Positions 7,846 through 15,915 of a DNA stretch of 64,000 nt are shown here, piece by piece. Below the pieces are notes generated by a model, which saw only the letters and a list, made by a program, of their open reading frames with translations, did no database searches and was not told the origin of the DNA. The position numbers were made by a program, and so were the translations under genes. Origin of the DNA: Myxococcales bacterium. GTDB lineage: Bacteria; Myxococcota_A; Polyangia; Polyangiales; Ga0077539. Numbering within the stretch: the first letter of the stretch is position 1; the number at the start of each line of letters is the position of its first letter. The DNA lies in contig JAUSAZ010000012.1 in assembly GCA_030652255.1 (NCBI GenBank), positions 81,049-145,048 of the forward strand, written 5' to 3'.

Positions 7846-10071
7846 TCAGTGCCCGCCGTGGTTGAGCCGGCGCTGGATGCGCTGGATGAACGCGGGGGCC
7901 CACCAGTTCCAGTCGCCGAGGAGGCGCATGGTGGCGGGCACCACGAGGATGCGCACGATGGTCGCGTCGAGGGCGACCGCGAGCGCCATGCCCACGCCCA
8001 TGGCCTTCAAGAGGATGACGTCGGCCATGGCGAAGGCCGCGAACACCGCCACCATGATGGCCGCGGCGCTGGTGACGAGGCGCCCGGAGCGCTCGAGGCC
8101 CTCGGCCACGGCCCGGGTGTTGTCCCCGTGCCGGGCGTACTCCTCCTGCATCCGGGTGAGCATCAGCACCTCGTAGTCCATCGAGAGCCCGAAGGTGGCG
8201 CAGAACATCAGGATGGGCAGCGACGGGTCGATGGGGCCGGGCGTGAAGCGCAGCACGCCCGCGAGGTGGCCCTTCTGAAAGATCCAGATGAGCGCGCCGA
8301 AGGAGCCGGTGATGGACAGGAGGTTCATCAGCACGGCCTTGATGGGCAGGGCCACGCTCCCGAGCAGCGCGAGCAGCACCAGCATGGTCATCACGACCAC
8401 GAAGCCCAGCGCCGGGCCCACCCGAGCGCGCAGGTAGGCCGCGGTGTCGAGGTCCATGGCGCTCTGGCCCGTCACGAGCAGCTCGCCGTCGGCCACGCGC
8501 CGCTGCGAGCGCACCGCGCGCACGATGGAGCGCGCCGCCTCCGAGGCGGGCGCGGCCTCGGTGAGGGCCGAGAGCACCACGACGTTGGGCCCGACGGTGT
8601 CGCGCACGAAGAGCTGGTGCCCCTCGGTGTGCTGCCCGGGGTCCATCAGCACGTCGGCGAGGGCGTCGGGCTCCAGCGTCGGGTCGAGGTCGACGACGCT
8701 CTCCACCCGCTCGACCCCCGGGATCGCCGCCACCCGCGCGCTCAGCGCCCGCAGCGCGAGCACCCGATCGCGGCGCTGGAGGGGTCCGCCGGGGAAGCGC
8801 GCCACCATCACCACCCGGGTCGCCGCGCGCTCGGTGAAGTGCTCCACGAGGAGCCCGTGGCCCCGGCGGGTCTCGGTGCTCGCGGGCAGCACGCCCATGT
8901 CGGGGATGGCGACCTTCATGTCGAGGAAGGGCCGCCCGAGCACGAGCAGCAGGGTCAGCGTGGGGAGCAGCACCAGCAGCGGGCGGCGCATCACCCAGGT
9001 CGCGTGGCGGTGCCAGAACCCGCCGCTGTGGGTCTTCGCCCCGCCGCCGATGCGCCAGCGGTTGACGTTGGGCCCCAGCACCGAGAGCAGGGCGGGGAGG
9101 AAGGTGAGCGCGTAGAGGGCCGCGAAGGTGACCACCAGGGTGCCGCCGAGGCCGAGGGACACGAGGTACGAGCCGCGGAAGAAGAAGAGCCCGGAGAGCC
9201 CGATGACGACGGCGAGGCCCGAGAAGGCCACGGCGCGCCCGGCGGTGGCGACGGTGCGGGCGACGGCGTCCTCGACGGAGAGCCCCGCCGCGAGCTCCTC
9301 GCGGAAGCGGTTGACCATGAAGAGCGAGTAGTCGATGGCCACGCCGAGGCCGACCAGCGAGACGATGTTGATCGCGTACTGCGCGACCTCCATGCGCCAC
9401 GAGAGCAGCATCACCGCCGCGACGCCCGCGGCCACCGCGAGCGCGCCGATGCCCGCCGGGAGCAGCGCCGCGACCACCGAGCCGAACACCGCGAGCAGCA
9501 CCACGAGGGTGAGCGGCGCGGAGAGCAGTTCGGCGCGCTGGAGGTCGCGCTCGAGCACGGCGTCGAGGTCGGCGCGGAAGGCCCCGAGGCCGGTGACGGT
9601 GACCGTGAGCGGCCCCCCAACGATGCGCCGCCGGAGGGCGGGGTAGCCGCGGGTGTCGACGGTCGCGGCGTGGCGCAGGGCGACCGTGGCGATGGCGTGG
9701 TGCGTGTCGAGGGACTGCATCGTGGAGGCCTCGACGGCGGAGACGTCCTCGTCGAAGGGCGAGCGCACGCGGAGCACCGACGGGTCGCGGCGCAGGGGCG
9801 CGAGCGCGCGCAGGGCGGCCTCCTGGAAGCGCGGCTCGTCGGTGGTCCACTCGGCGTGGCTGAGGACGATGGTGAGGCCCGAGGCGCCCGCCTGCGGGAG
9901 CTCGCGGTCGATGAGCTCGGCGGCGGTGTCGGCCTCGATGCCGTGGATGCGCCCGGACGTGAGCCGGCCCCCGACGAGCAGCGACGCCAGCGAGGCCAGC
10001 AGGAAGGCCGCGCTCACCGCGAGCACGGCGCGGCGGTGCGCGAAGACCCATCGACCCCAGGCAGCGAACAT
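7846..10071 (-). CDS. MMPL/RND-superfamily transporter
   Basis: 741 aa. Two homologous halves, each a large loop followed by a cluster of about 5 TM helices (for example 'GLGVAIDYSLFMVNRFREE' and 'TFGLSMDYEVLMLTRMQEE'), as is typical of MMPL proteins. Confidence 0.85.
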   Translation of the reverse strand: MFAAWGRWVFAHRRAVLAVSAAFLLASLASLLVGGRLTSGRIHGIEADTAAELIDRELPQAGASGLTIVLSHAEWTTDEPRFQEAALRALAPLRRDPSVLRVRSPFDEDVSAVEASTMQSLDTHHAIATVALRHAATVDTRGYPALRRRIVGGPLTVTVTGLGAFRADLDAVLERDLQRAELLSAPLTLVVLLAVFGSVVAALLPAGIGALAVAAGVAAVMLLSWRMEVAQYAINIVSLVGLGVAIDYSLFMVNRFREELAAGLSVEDAVARTVATAGRAVAFSGLAVVIGLSGLFFFRGSYLVSLGLGGTLVVTFAALYALTFLPALLSVLGPNVNRWRIGGGAKTHSGGFWHRHATWVMRRPLLVLLPTLTLLLVLGRPFLDMKVAIPDMGVLPASTETRRGHGLLVEHFTERAATRVVMVARFPGGPLQRRDRVLALRALSARVAAIPGVERVESVVDLDPTLEPDALADVLMDPGQHTEGHQLFVRDTVGPNVVVLSALTEAAPASEAARSIVRAVRSQRRVADGELLVTGQSAMDLDTAAYLRARVGPALGFVVVMTMLVLLALLGSVALPIKAVLMNLLSITGSFGALIWIFQKGHLAGVLRFTPGPIDPSLPILMFCATFGLSMDYEVLMLTRMQEEYARHGDNTRAVAEGLERSGRLVTSAAAIMVAVFAAFAMADVILLKAMGVGMALAVALDATIVRILVVPATMRLLGDWNWWAPAFIQRIQRRLNHGGH

Positions 10072-10092
10072 CCGTGTCTCCCGTCTCCTCGG

Positions 10093-10878
10093 TCAGCGCG
10101 TGAGCGCGCGGGCCACCGACGCGGCCAGCAACCCCGCGGCGAGCGCCGTCGCCCGCCGATCACCGGGCGGAACATCGCGCGCCATGGGCTGGCTCGCCAG
10201 TACCATGAGGCCGATGGTGGGGAGGGCAGGCACTGCGCGCTCCAGGGCGATCGCGAGCACCCCGGCGCCGACGATGCCCAGCCAGAGGGCCGCCCCCATG
10301 CGGGCGCGGGGCATGCTGAAGCGCGCCGCGGCGGCGAGGTAGAGCGCCACGAACACCGCGTCGCCGAAGCCGATGGCGGGCCGCGGCTCGCGGTGCGGCG
10401 GGATCGCCACGCTCAGCGTGAGCACCCGCAGGAGGGCGGGCGACTGCACGATGCGGTGCGTTGGCCCCGCGGGGGACGTGACGCTCCAGAGGTCGACCGC
10501 GGCGGAGACGAGGGCCACGGCGGCGAGGTGGCCGGCGGACTCCATGCGCGACCCGATGGCCGCGCCCACGAGGGCCGCGACGGTGAGCAGCCCGAGCGCC
10601 CCGGCGAGCCCGGAGGCGACCGGCGGGAGGCGCAGGGCCAGGGCGACGAGGGCGACGCCGACGAGCGCGGCGGGCACCACGACGCGCGCCGGGAGGGCCG
10701 CGGAGGGGGCGAGCGCGACGCCACCGACGATGGCGAGGGCCACGACGCCGAGGGCCAGGAGGGTGGCGGCGAGCGGGCCCAGCGGCAGCCAAGGGGCGAC
10801 GGCGGCGAGCAGGCCCAGCGGGAGCAGCGCGGCGAGGGCGGGTCGGGCGACGATGCGGGCGAGCGGGGGGAGTGCCAT
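10093..10878 (-). CDS. Polytopic membrane protein with presenilin/signal-peptide-peptidase-like D...GxGD...PAL motifs
   Basis: 261 aa with about 9 hydrophobic segments. Intramembrane 'AAVDLWSVTSPAGP' (D129), 'IGFGDAVFV' (D173) and 'VPALPTIG' (217-219) occur in the order found in the A22 family. The gene lies 21 nt upstream of the MMPL gene on the same strand. Confidence 0.6.
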   Translation of the reverse strand: MALPPLARIVARPALAALLPLGLLAAVAPWLPLGPLAATLLALGVVALAIVGGVALAPSAALPARVVVPAALVGVALVALALRLPPVASGLAGALGLLTVAALVGAAIGSRMESAGHLAAVALVSAAVDLWSVTSPAGPTHRIVQSPALLRVLTLSVAIPPHREPRPAIGFGDAVFVALYLAAAARFSMPRARMGAALWLGIVGAGVLAIALERAVPALPTIGLMVLASQPMARDVPPGDRRATALAAGLLAASVARALTR

Positions 10879-10931
10879 CCGGTGCGCGGAGGATAGTCAA
10901 TCGGTGGGGTCTTGCGGCATGTTGCGCCGCG

Positions 10932-11672
10932 TTGCGCGGACGAGGACGACAGCGGATCGGTTGGGCGGTGCTGGCCGCGGCGCTCGCGGGGCACTGCCGC
11001 AGGGCGGAGGCGCCGCGGGCGAGCGCGCCGCCGCGGGGGCCGTCGCTGGCGGGGCTGTACTGGGGTCGCTGGCCGGAGGTGCCCGAGGGGATGCGCGTCG
11101 CCGTGTGGCTGCACGAGGACGGCGCGGTGCTGCGCGGGAGCTGGGACCTGCCGCCGTGGCACGGCGAGCTCGCCGCGGTGCGCGGGGAGAGCGGGTACGC
11201 GGGTCTCTGGCGCGAGGAGGGCACCATCGCCATCCAGCAGGGTCGAGAGCGCCCGGTGGTGCTCTCGCTGGACGCGCGCGACGGCACGCTCCGGGAGGCG
11301 GGCGTGGGCCACGAGGCGATCGAGCTGCGGCGCGCGGGGCGGCCGACCAGCGAGCTGCGCGCGGGGCTTTGGCTGGGTCGATGGACGGGGCTGCCGACGG
11401 GCGTCGCGGTGGAGACGCTGCTCACGCCGCTGAGCGAGCGGCGGTGGCGCGCGACCTACCACTACCAGGAGCGCGAGGGCACCTTCGATGGGGACGCGCT
11501 GCCCGGCGGTGGTCTGGCCATCCGATGGCGCGAGGTATCCCCGCGCGACGCGGTGGCGACGGGCCGGGGGAGGCTGCTGCCCGACACGCTGGGCCTCCGG
11601 GGCACCTACGGGGTCGACGAGCGCGAGTCGGGGACCGGGCTGTGGACGCTCGAAGCGTGGAGGGTGCCGTGA
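10932..11672 (+). CDS. Hypothetical secreted protein (start uncertain)
   Basis: This frame is W/Y/E-containing and protein-like, whereas the overlapping frames are R/G/A junk. The ORF-track start at 10872 would overlap the divergent gene, so I chose the TTG at 10932, which gives 'MRGRGRQRIGWAVLAAALAGHC' (signal-like). Its stop overlaps the next start (GTGA). Confidence 0.45.
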   Translation: MRGRGRQRIGWAVLAAALAGHCRRAEAPRASAPPRGPSLAGLYWGRWPEVPEGMRVAVWLHEDGAVLRGSWDLPPWHGELAAVRGESGYAGLWREEGTIAIQQGRERPVVLSLDARDGTLREAGVGHEAIELRRAGRPTSELRAGLWLGRWTGLPTGVAVETLLTPLSERRWRATYHYQEREGTFDGDALPGGGLAIRWREVSPRDAVATGRGRLLPDTLGLRGTYGVDERESGTGLWTLEAWRVP

Positions 11673-11971
11673 GCGACGAGGCCGCAGCGCTGCTGCGGGT
11701 GCTGGTCGAGGGAGACACGAGCGCGGTGGCCGAGGCGCTGCACGCCGACGTGGTGTTCGTGCAGGGCGACGGCACCGAGCACCGCGGGGCCGAGGCGGTG
11801 GTGGCGATGTTCACCCGGGCCGACGGCTCGGTGCGCTACGCGGTGGTGGCGGTCGAGGCCGCGGCGGTGCGGGTGGAGCTCACCGTGCCGGGCATGCCGG
11901 GGGCGGTGCGGTTTACCTTGTGTGGAATGAGCGAGGCGGGGCGGCTGGTGCGGGTGCGGGTCGAGGCGTGA
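11669..11971 (+). CDS. Small SnoaL/NTF2-like protein
   Basis: The GTG at 11669 overlaps the upstream stop (GTGA). The 100-aa 'VSDEAAALLRVLVEGDTSAVAEALHADVVFVQGDGTEHRGAEAVVAMF...' resembles SnoaL-like cone-fold proteins. It is the 3' tail of the otherwise implausible 532-aa ORF 10373..11971. Confidence 0.5.
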   Translation: MSDEAAALLRVLVEGDTSAVAEALHADVVFVQGDGTEHRGAEAVVAMFTRADGSVRYAVVAVEAAAVRVELTVPGMPGAVRFTLCGMSEAGRLVRVRVEA

Positions 11972-12217
11972 TCAGCGCCGGCCGGCGACGCGGGCCAGCG
12001 GGACCACCACGTCACGATGCTCGGCGGGGCGCACCGCGGTGACCGTCGCAGAGGCGCGGGCGACCGACAGGACCTTCATCTCGGGATACTGCGTGACAGC
12101 GTCTCGGGCAGCCTGCGCGGCGGTGCGTGTCTCGATATAGACCGTCGTCGGCGCCGCGCCGAGATCGCGCAGTGGGCGCATCACGACCTCGAATCGGTGG
12201 GACCAGATAGATGTCAC
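11972..12217 (-). CDS. Small hypothetical protein (81 aa)
   Basis: GTG at 12217 is preceded by AAGGA with 8-nt spacing (ctaaaaAGGAtaaaacccGTG). The protein-like part is 'MRPLRDLGAAPTTVYIETRTAAQAARDAVTQYPEMKVLSV...'. An alternative ATG start lies at 12181. Confidence 0.45.
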   Translation of the reverse strand: MTSIWSHRFEVVMRPLRDLGAAPTTVYIETRTAAQAARDAVTQYPEMKVLSVARASATVTAVRPAEHRDVVVPLARVAGRR

Positions 12218-12235
12218 GGGTTTTATCCTTTTTAG

Positions 12236-12558
12236 ATGGTGGGTATCTCGACCATGCACGAGGAAGACGCGCCCTGGCAAGTGGGGGACGCGCCGCGTCA
12301 TACGCCGTGGCCAAATAGGGAAAGGCGATGATCCTGCTGGGATCATCGCCCTTCGAAGGTGTCCGTACCGCGTGGACCGTGGGACCGTAGCGAACCCCTT
12401 GGACACGCCAAGGTGGGAGTCGGGTATCGCGATTTAAGGCTTCCCGGTGAAAGGTCCGGGCCTGCACACCACCACGAGGTTGACCCCCGGATTCGTGTAG
12501 ATAAAGCGGGATTCTATACGCATCCAGCACCTGTCCGGCAGAGGGACGAACCCACCAT
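12236..12558. ncRNA. Candidate structured RNA or long 5' leader (unclassified)
   Basis: No protein-like ORF in any frame. G+C is locally depressed (33/60 in 12481-12540 and 37/60 in 12421-12480, counted by hand). A 9-bp long-range pairing joins atggtgggt (12236-12244) and acccaccat (12550-12558). Several perfect local hairpins are present (ggcgatgatcc/ggatcatcgcc at 12324-12350, ccttgg/ccaagg at 12397-12413, cccgg/ccggg at 12443-12460). Class and strand are not determined. Confidence 0.25.
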
Positions 12559-12631
12559 GACGCTCCCCGGGGCATTCTTCAAGGCTCACGCGTGAAGATC
12601 CTCGTGCGCCTTCCACTCCGCGGGCGCGCGC

Positions 12632-13660
12632 TCAGGGCGCAGGCGGGGGCTGGTGCACGACCTCGGGCGACCACTCGCGCTCGCGGGCGGTGGTGAGGTC
12701 GGCGTCGCGGTCGTTGACCATCCACTCGACCTCGGAGCGCACGTCCTGGTCGGTGGGCGGCCAGTGCCCATAGCGCGGCGCCTCGCCGGGGCCCGAGAAG
12801 TCCGTCCAGAAGGCCCCGCCCTCCTGCGCGTCGCGGGTGTCGAGGTGCACGAACACGCTGTTGGGGTAGTACCCGACGCCCGCGTCGGGGAGCGTGCGCG
12901 CGTAGTCCCGCACGTCCTCGTGGCGCACCCCGCGCAGGCGCAGGTCGAGCGCGCGGGCGTGGGCGTGCCGGCTGCGCCCCTCCCCCGGACGGTAGCCCGA
13001 CACGATCTCCGCGACCCTGCCCGGGAAGCGATCGAAGAGCCCCTGCATCAGCTGGATGACCCGCGGGTGCAGCACGCGCGCGTTGCGGGTGAGCATGATG
13101 AGCGGGTCGTGCGTGAGCCGGTCGCGCTCGACGGCGGGCGCCGACGAGCGGGCGCGGAGGCGGGCGCGGGCGCGGGGCGCCGTCTCGTCGGCGAGGCTGA
13201 GGCCCGCGGCGGGCGCGACCCGGCGGAGCATCGCGACGGCGGCGTCGACGTCGAAGTCCGTGAAGCGACCGGGCTGGGCGAGCAACGACACGGCGGCGAG
13301 CGCGGCGATGGTGGGGCGCCCGGTGCAGTCGGTGAGCGGCCCCGTCCAGGTGGGCATCTCGCCGTTGCGCAGGCGGCGCACGGTGACCACCGGGCGCAGG
13401 CACAGCCGGGCGTTGCGGGCGCCGCGGACGGACGCGTCGGCCACCGCCGGGGCGCCGCGGCGGGCGCGCACCTCGATGCGCGGCAGGATGACCTCGTCGA
13501 CCGCGCTCTGCGCCGCCGCGAGGGCGAGGCGACCGGGCCCGACCGGCCGGGCCGCGCGGACGTCCGCGGCGGCGGGCGCCGGGCGGGGCTGGGCCGCCGC
13601 GAGCGATGGCGCGCAGAGCGCGATGGCGGCGAACACGCAACGGAGCAGCGCGCGGGGCAT
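12632..13660 (-). CDS. Peptidase M15A / DUF882 (YcbK-like) cell-wall peptidase
   Basis: Signal peptide 'MPRALLRCVFAAIALCAPSLAAAQP' (start taken at the internal ATG at 13660). C-terminal 'VSGYRPGEGRSRHAHARALDLRL...GVGYYPNSVFVHLDTRD' matches the DUF882 Zn-binding H/D pattern. Confidence 0.8.
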   Translation of the reverse strand: MPRALLRCVFAAIALCAPSLAAAQPRPAPAAADVRAARPVGPGRLALAAAQSAVDEVILPRIEVRARRGAPAVADASVRGARNARLCLRPVVTVRRLRNGEMPTWTGPLTDCTGRPTIAALAAVSLLAQPGRFTDFDVDAAVAMLRRVAPAAGLSLADETAPRARARLRARSSAPAVERDRLTHDPLIMLTRNARVLHPRVIQLMQGLFDRFPGRVAEIVSGYRPGEGRSRHAHARALDLRLRGVRHEDVRDYARTLPDAGVGYYPNSVFVHLDTRDAQEGGAFWTDFSGPGEAPRYGHWPPTDQDVRSEVEWMVNDRDADLTTAREREWSPEVVHQPPPAP

Positions 13661-13781
13661 AGGCCCTGATCGGTGGCAGAGATCGGGGCCCGCCGGCAAG
13701 TATCCGGCGCCGGGCGCGTCAGGTTCTGGGAGGGGGGAAGGCGGCGGAGGCGGAGGGCGGGGGGAGCGCGGAGGCGATCGG

Positions 13782-14123
13782 TCAGTGACCGCCGACCTTG
13801 CCCTGGAGGAAGTAGGCGATGAGGAGGGCGTAGAGCACCAGCGACTCGATGAGCGCGAGCCCGAGGATCATCGGGGTGCGGATCTTGGCGTCGGCGCCGG
13901 GGTTGCGGGCGATGCCCTCGAGGGCGGCCGCGGCGACGCGGCCCTGGGCGAGCGCGCCGCCGAGGGCGCCGACGCCGATGGCGATGCCGGCGCCGAGGGC
14001 GGCCATCATCTGGGCGTCGAAGGAGTTCGAGCCGGGGGCCACCGCAGCGGCCTCCTGGGCGAAGGCGGCGAGGGTGTAGAAGGTGACGAGCAGGGCGCTC
14101 GAGAGTGCGGTGATCTTCTTCAT
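13782..14123 (-). CDS. atpE: F0F1 ATP synthase subunit c, with N-terminal signal-like extension
   Basis: '[34 protein letters not shown]...[20 protein letters not shown]' is the c-subunit hairpin with the ion-binding Glu. AAGGA lies upstream of the ATG at 14123. Confidence 0.9.
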   Translation of the reverse strand: MKKITALSSALLVTFYTLAAFAQEAAAVAPGSNSFDAQMMAALGAGIAIGVGALGGALAQGRVAAAALEGIARNPGADAKIRTPMILGLALIESLVLYALLIAYFLQGKVGGH

Positions 14124-14195
14124 GGTGTGGGATTTCCTTCTTGGGTTCGAACTGATCAGTGCCCCAACAGCGGGGCGATGGAACATCTCAGTGGG

Positions 14196-15095
14196 TCACG
14201 CGTGCTCGTGGGCGGCGTGGCCCTGGTCGGCGTGGGCCTCGTGGCCGTGGTCGTCGCCGTGGTCGATGGCGAGCTGGAAGTAGATCGTCGCGAGCAGGCA
14301 GAACACGTAGGTCTGCAGGACGACCACCAGCACGCCGAGCACCATGATCGGCACCGGCACGAGGAGGAACGCGAGGCCGGTGAACACGCTCACGACCATG
14401 TGGTCGACGAAGAGGTTCACGCAGAGGCGGATGGCGAGGGAGAGCGGCCGCACGAGGTGCGAGATGATCTCCAGCGGGAGCATCAGCGGCGCGAGCGCGG
14501 GCATCGGGCCGACGAAGTGCTTGAGGTACGCGGCGCCCTGGTGCTTGAGGCCGTAGTAGTGGGTGGCGAAGAAGATCACCAGGCCGCACGCGAGGGTGAC
14601 GTTGAAGTTGCTCGTCGGCGGCGCGAAGCCGGGGATGAGCCCGAGGGCGTTGGAGAAGAAGATCAGCAGGGCGCAGGTGCCGATGATCGGGAGGAAGTGC
14701 CGCGCCTCCTTCTTGCCGAGGACGTCGGCGAGGAGGTCATAGAAGGTCTCGACGAAGCTCTCGGTGAACGAGGCGACGGTGAGCGAGCCTTCGGGCACGA
14801 CGGCCTCGGAGGTCTTGGTGATGCGCGCGCGGGTGACGACCACGAAGACCGCGATGAGCAGCACCACGAAGAGCGCGATGGTGGTGTACTCGAGCGTCAC
14901 CGGCGTGTTGGCGGGGTAGCTGAAGTGGTTCGGGAGCTCCTGCGCGGGAGAGCCGTCGGCGCAGACGCCACCGGCCATCATCTCCACCTGCTGGCCCTCG
15001 GCGTTGACGCAGCCGTAGTGGTTGAACATGGCCCAGAGCGCCCGGAAATTCGGCAGCGCCAGGAGGTACGTGAACCATGACGTGTGGTCGGGCAT
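14196..15095 (-). CDS. atpB: F0F1 ATP synthase subunit a, with His-rich C-terminal tail
   Basis: 'LSLAIRLCVNLFVDHMVV' contains the conserved essential Arg of subunit a within a polytopic profile. Start taken at the internal ATG at 15095 (MPDHTSWFTYLL...), which overlaps the atpI stop (TGATG). Confidence 0.9.
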   Translation of the reverse strand: MPDHTSWFTYLLALPNFRALWAMFNHYGCVNAEGQQVEMMAGGVCADGSPAQELPNHFSYPANTPVTLEYTTIALFVVLLIAVFVVVTRARITKTSEAVVPEGSLTVASFTESFVETFYDLLADVLGKKEARHFLPIIGTCALLIFFSNALGLIPGFAPPTSNFNVTLACGLVIFFATHYYGLKHQGAAYLKHFVGPMPALAPLMLPLEIISHLVRPLSLAIRLCVNLFVDHMVVSVFTGLAFLLVPVPIMVLGVLVVVLQTYVFCLLATIYFQLAIDHGDDHGHEAHADQGHAAHEHA

Positions 15096-15556
15096 CAGCG
15101 CTTTCCTTCGTCGGAGTCGGAGGAGACAGAATCTTCGGCGGGCTTCGGGCTGACGGCGTCCCAGAGGCCGCCGCCGGCGATGGCCACGACCACCGCGGTG
15201 ATGCCCGCCATGAAGCTCCCGCCGTGGACCCACGATCGCGAGATCAGCAGGCCCACACCCAGGAACAGTGCGGCGGTCTTCGCCAGGAGCAAGGCCATCG
15301 CGAGGCCTTTGCCCGCGGCGACCTTCGGATCGATGAGCCGGGTCACGACGCGGGCCAGCACGTAGAGGTTGAGCAGCCCGACGGCGGTGCCGATGACCGA
15401 GGACAGCGCGCCCTTCGCGCCGAACTCGTGCTCCATGGCCACCGCGCTCACGAGGCCCGCCGCGAGCGCCACGACTCCGATGCGGCGCGCGAGGTCGCCG
15501 TCGGGTCCGTTGGACTCCTCCGGGGCGGCGCGGTTCTCGGTGTCGGGGTGGCTCAC
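15095..15556 (-). CDS. atpI: ATP synthase protein I (AtpI)-like membrane protein
   Basis: 153 aa with 4 hydrophobic helices, placed immediately upstream of atpB and overlapping its start. The call rests on position and topology. Confidence 0.6.
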   Translation of the reverse strand: MSHPDTENRAAPEESNGPDGDLARRIGVVALAAGLVSAVAMEHEFGAKGALSSVIGTAVGLLNLYVLARVVTRLIDPKVAAGKGLAMALLLAKTAALFLGVGLLISRSWVHGGSFMAGITAVVVAIAGGGLWDAVSPKPAEDSVSSDSDEGKR

Positions 15557-15571
15557 GGGGTGCTCGGGGGC

Positions 15572-15802
15572 TTACGGGTCGTTGTCTCTGGGGGGGCCGG
15601 GCTTCGGGTCGTCGCGGGTGGCGAAGCGGTACATCGATCGAAACCCCGCCGCCGCCCCGATCGCAAAACCCACCAGCAGGAAGGTCTGCCCGGTGTGATA
15701 GCGGCTGTCGATCCAGCGACCGAGGGCCGCCATTACCACGATCGAGATGACGAACTCGAGTCCGAGCGAGAGGCCTGCCATGTCACGGAGGGGGAGCTTC
15801 AT
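15572..15802 (-). CDS. AtpZ/AtpR-like small F0F1-ATPase-associated membrane protein
   Basis: Two-TM protein 'GLSLGLEFVISIVVMAALGRWIDSRYHTGQTFLLVGFAIGAAAGF', typical of the 'ATPase gene 1' family. It is the first gene of the atp F0 cluster. Start taken at the internal ATG at 15802. Confidence 0.6.
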   Translation of the reverse strand: MKLPLRDMAGLSLGLEFVISIVVMAALGRWIDSRYHTGQTFLLVGFAIGAAAGFRSMYRFATRDDPKPGPPRDNDP

Positions 15803-15915
15803 AGGATCCGCTCGGCTCTCCTGTGGCGCGGCGACGGCCCGATCAAGGCGTCCAAATCGGCGCGCTTCTATCACCGCGCACTTTGCCGGGTCAAGGCGCG
15901 CTCAGCGTCGGCCGG

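Noticed and set aside
4963-10896. 1977-aa + strand ORF, the longest in the track
   Set aside because: It is antisense to three well-supported minus-strand genes (Cys-rich lipoprotein, MMPL transporter, presenilin-like protein). The translation is dominated by R/A/G/H/E/D runs with no motif. This is a typical shadow ORF of GC-rich DNA.
10872-10931. ORF-track start (10872) of the 266-aa + strand protein
   Set aside because: It would overlap the start of the divergently transcribed presenilin-like gene. The first 20 codons are not signal-like, whereas the in-frame TTG at 10932 yields a plausible signal peptide. The start remains uncertain.
12236-12558. Possible RNase P RNA or tmRNA
   Set aside because: RNase P-like strings are present (ggccaaataggg, gaaaggtccgggc, cccccggatt), but their order and spacing do not fit the type A architecture: the P4-like strands are only about 25 nt apart. 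No tRNA-like T-arm or GGUUCGA element next to an ACCA end was found, and no plausible ...LAA-type tag reading frame on either strand. The region is kept only as an unclassified RNA candidate.
13728-13765. G-rich tract (gggaggggggaaggcggcggaggcggagggcgggggga) with G-quadruplex potential between atpE and the M15A peptidase gene
   Set aside because: G-runs of this kind are expected by chance in DNA this GC-rich. There is no supporting context, so it is noted only as a possible terminator-proximal element.
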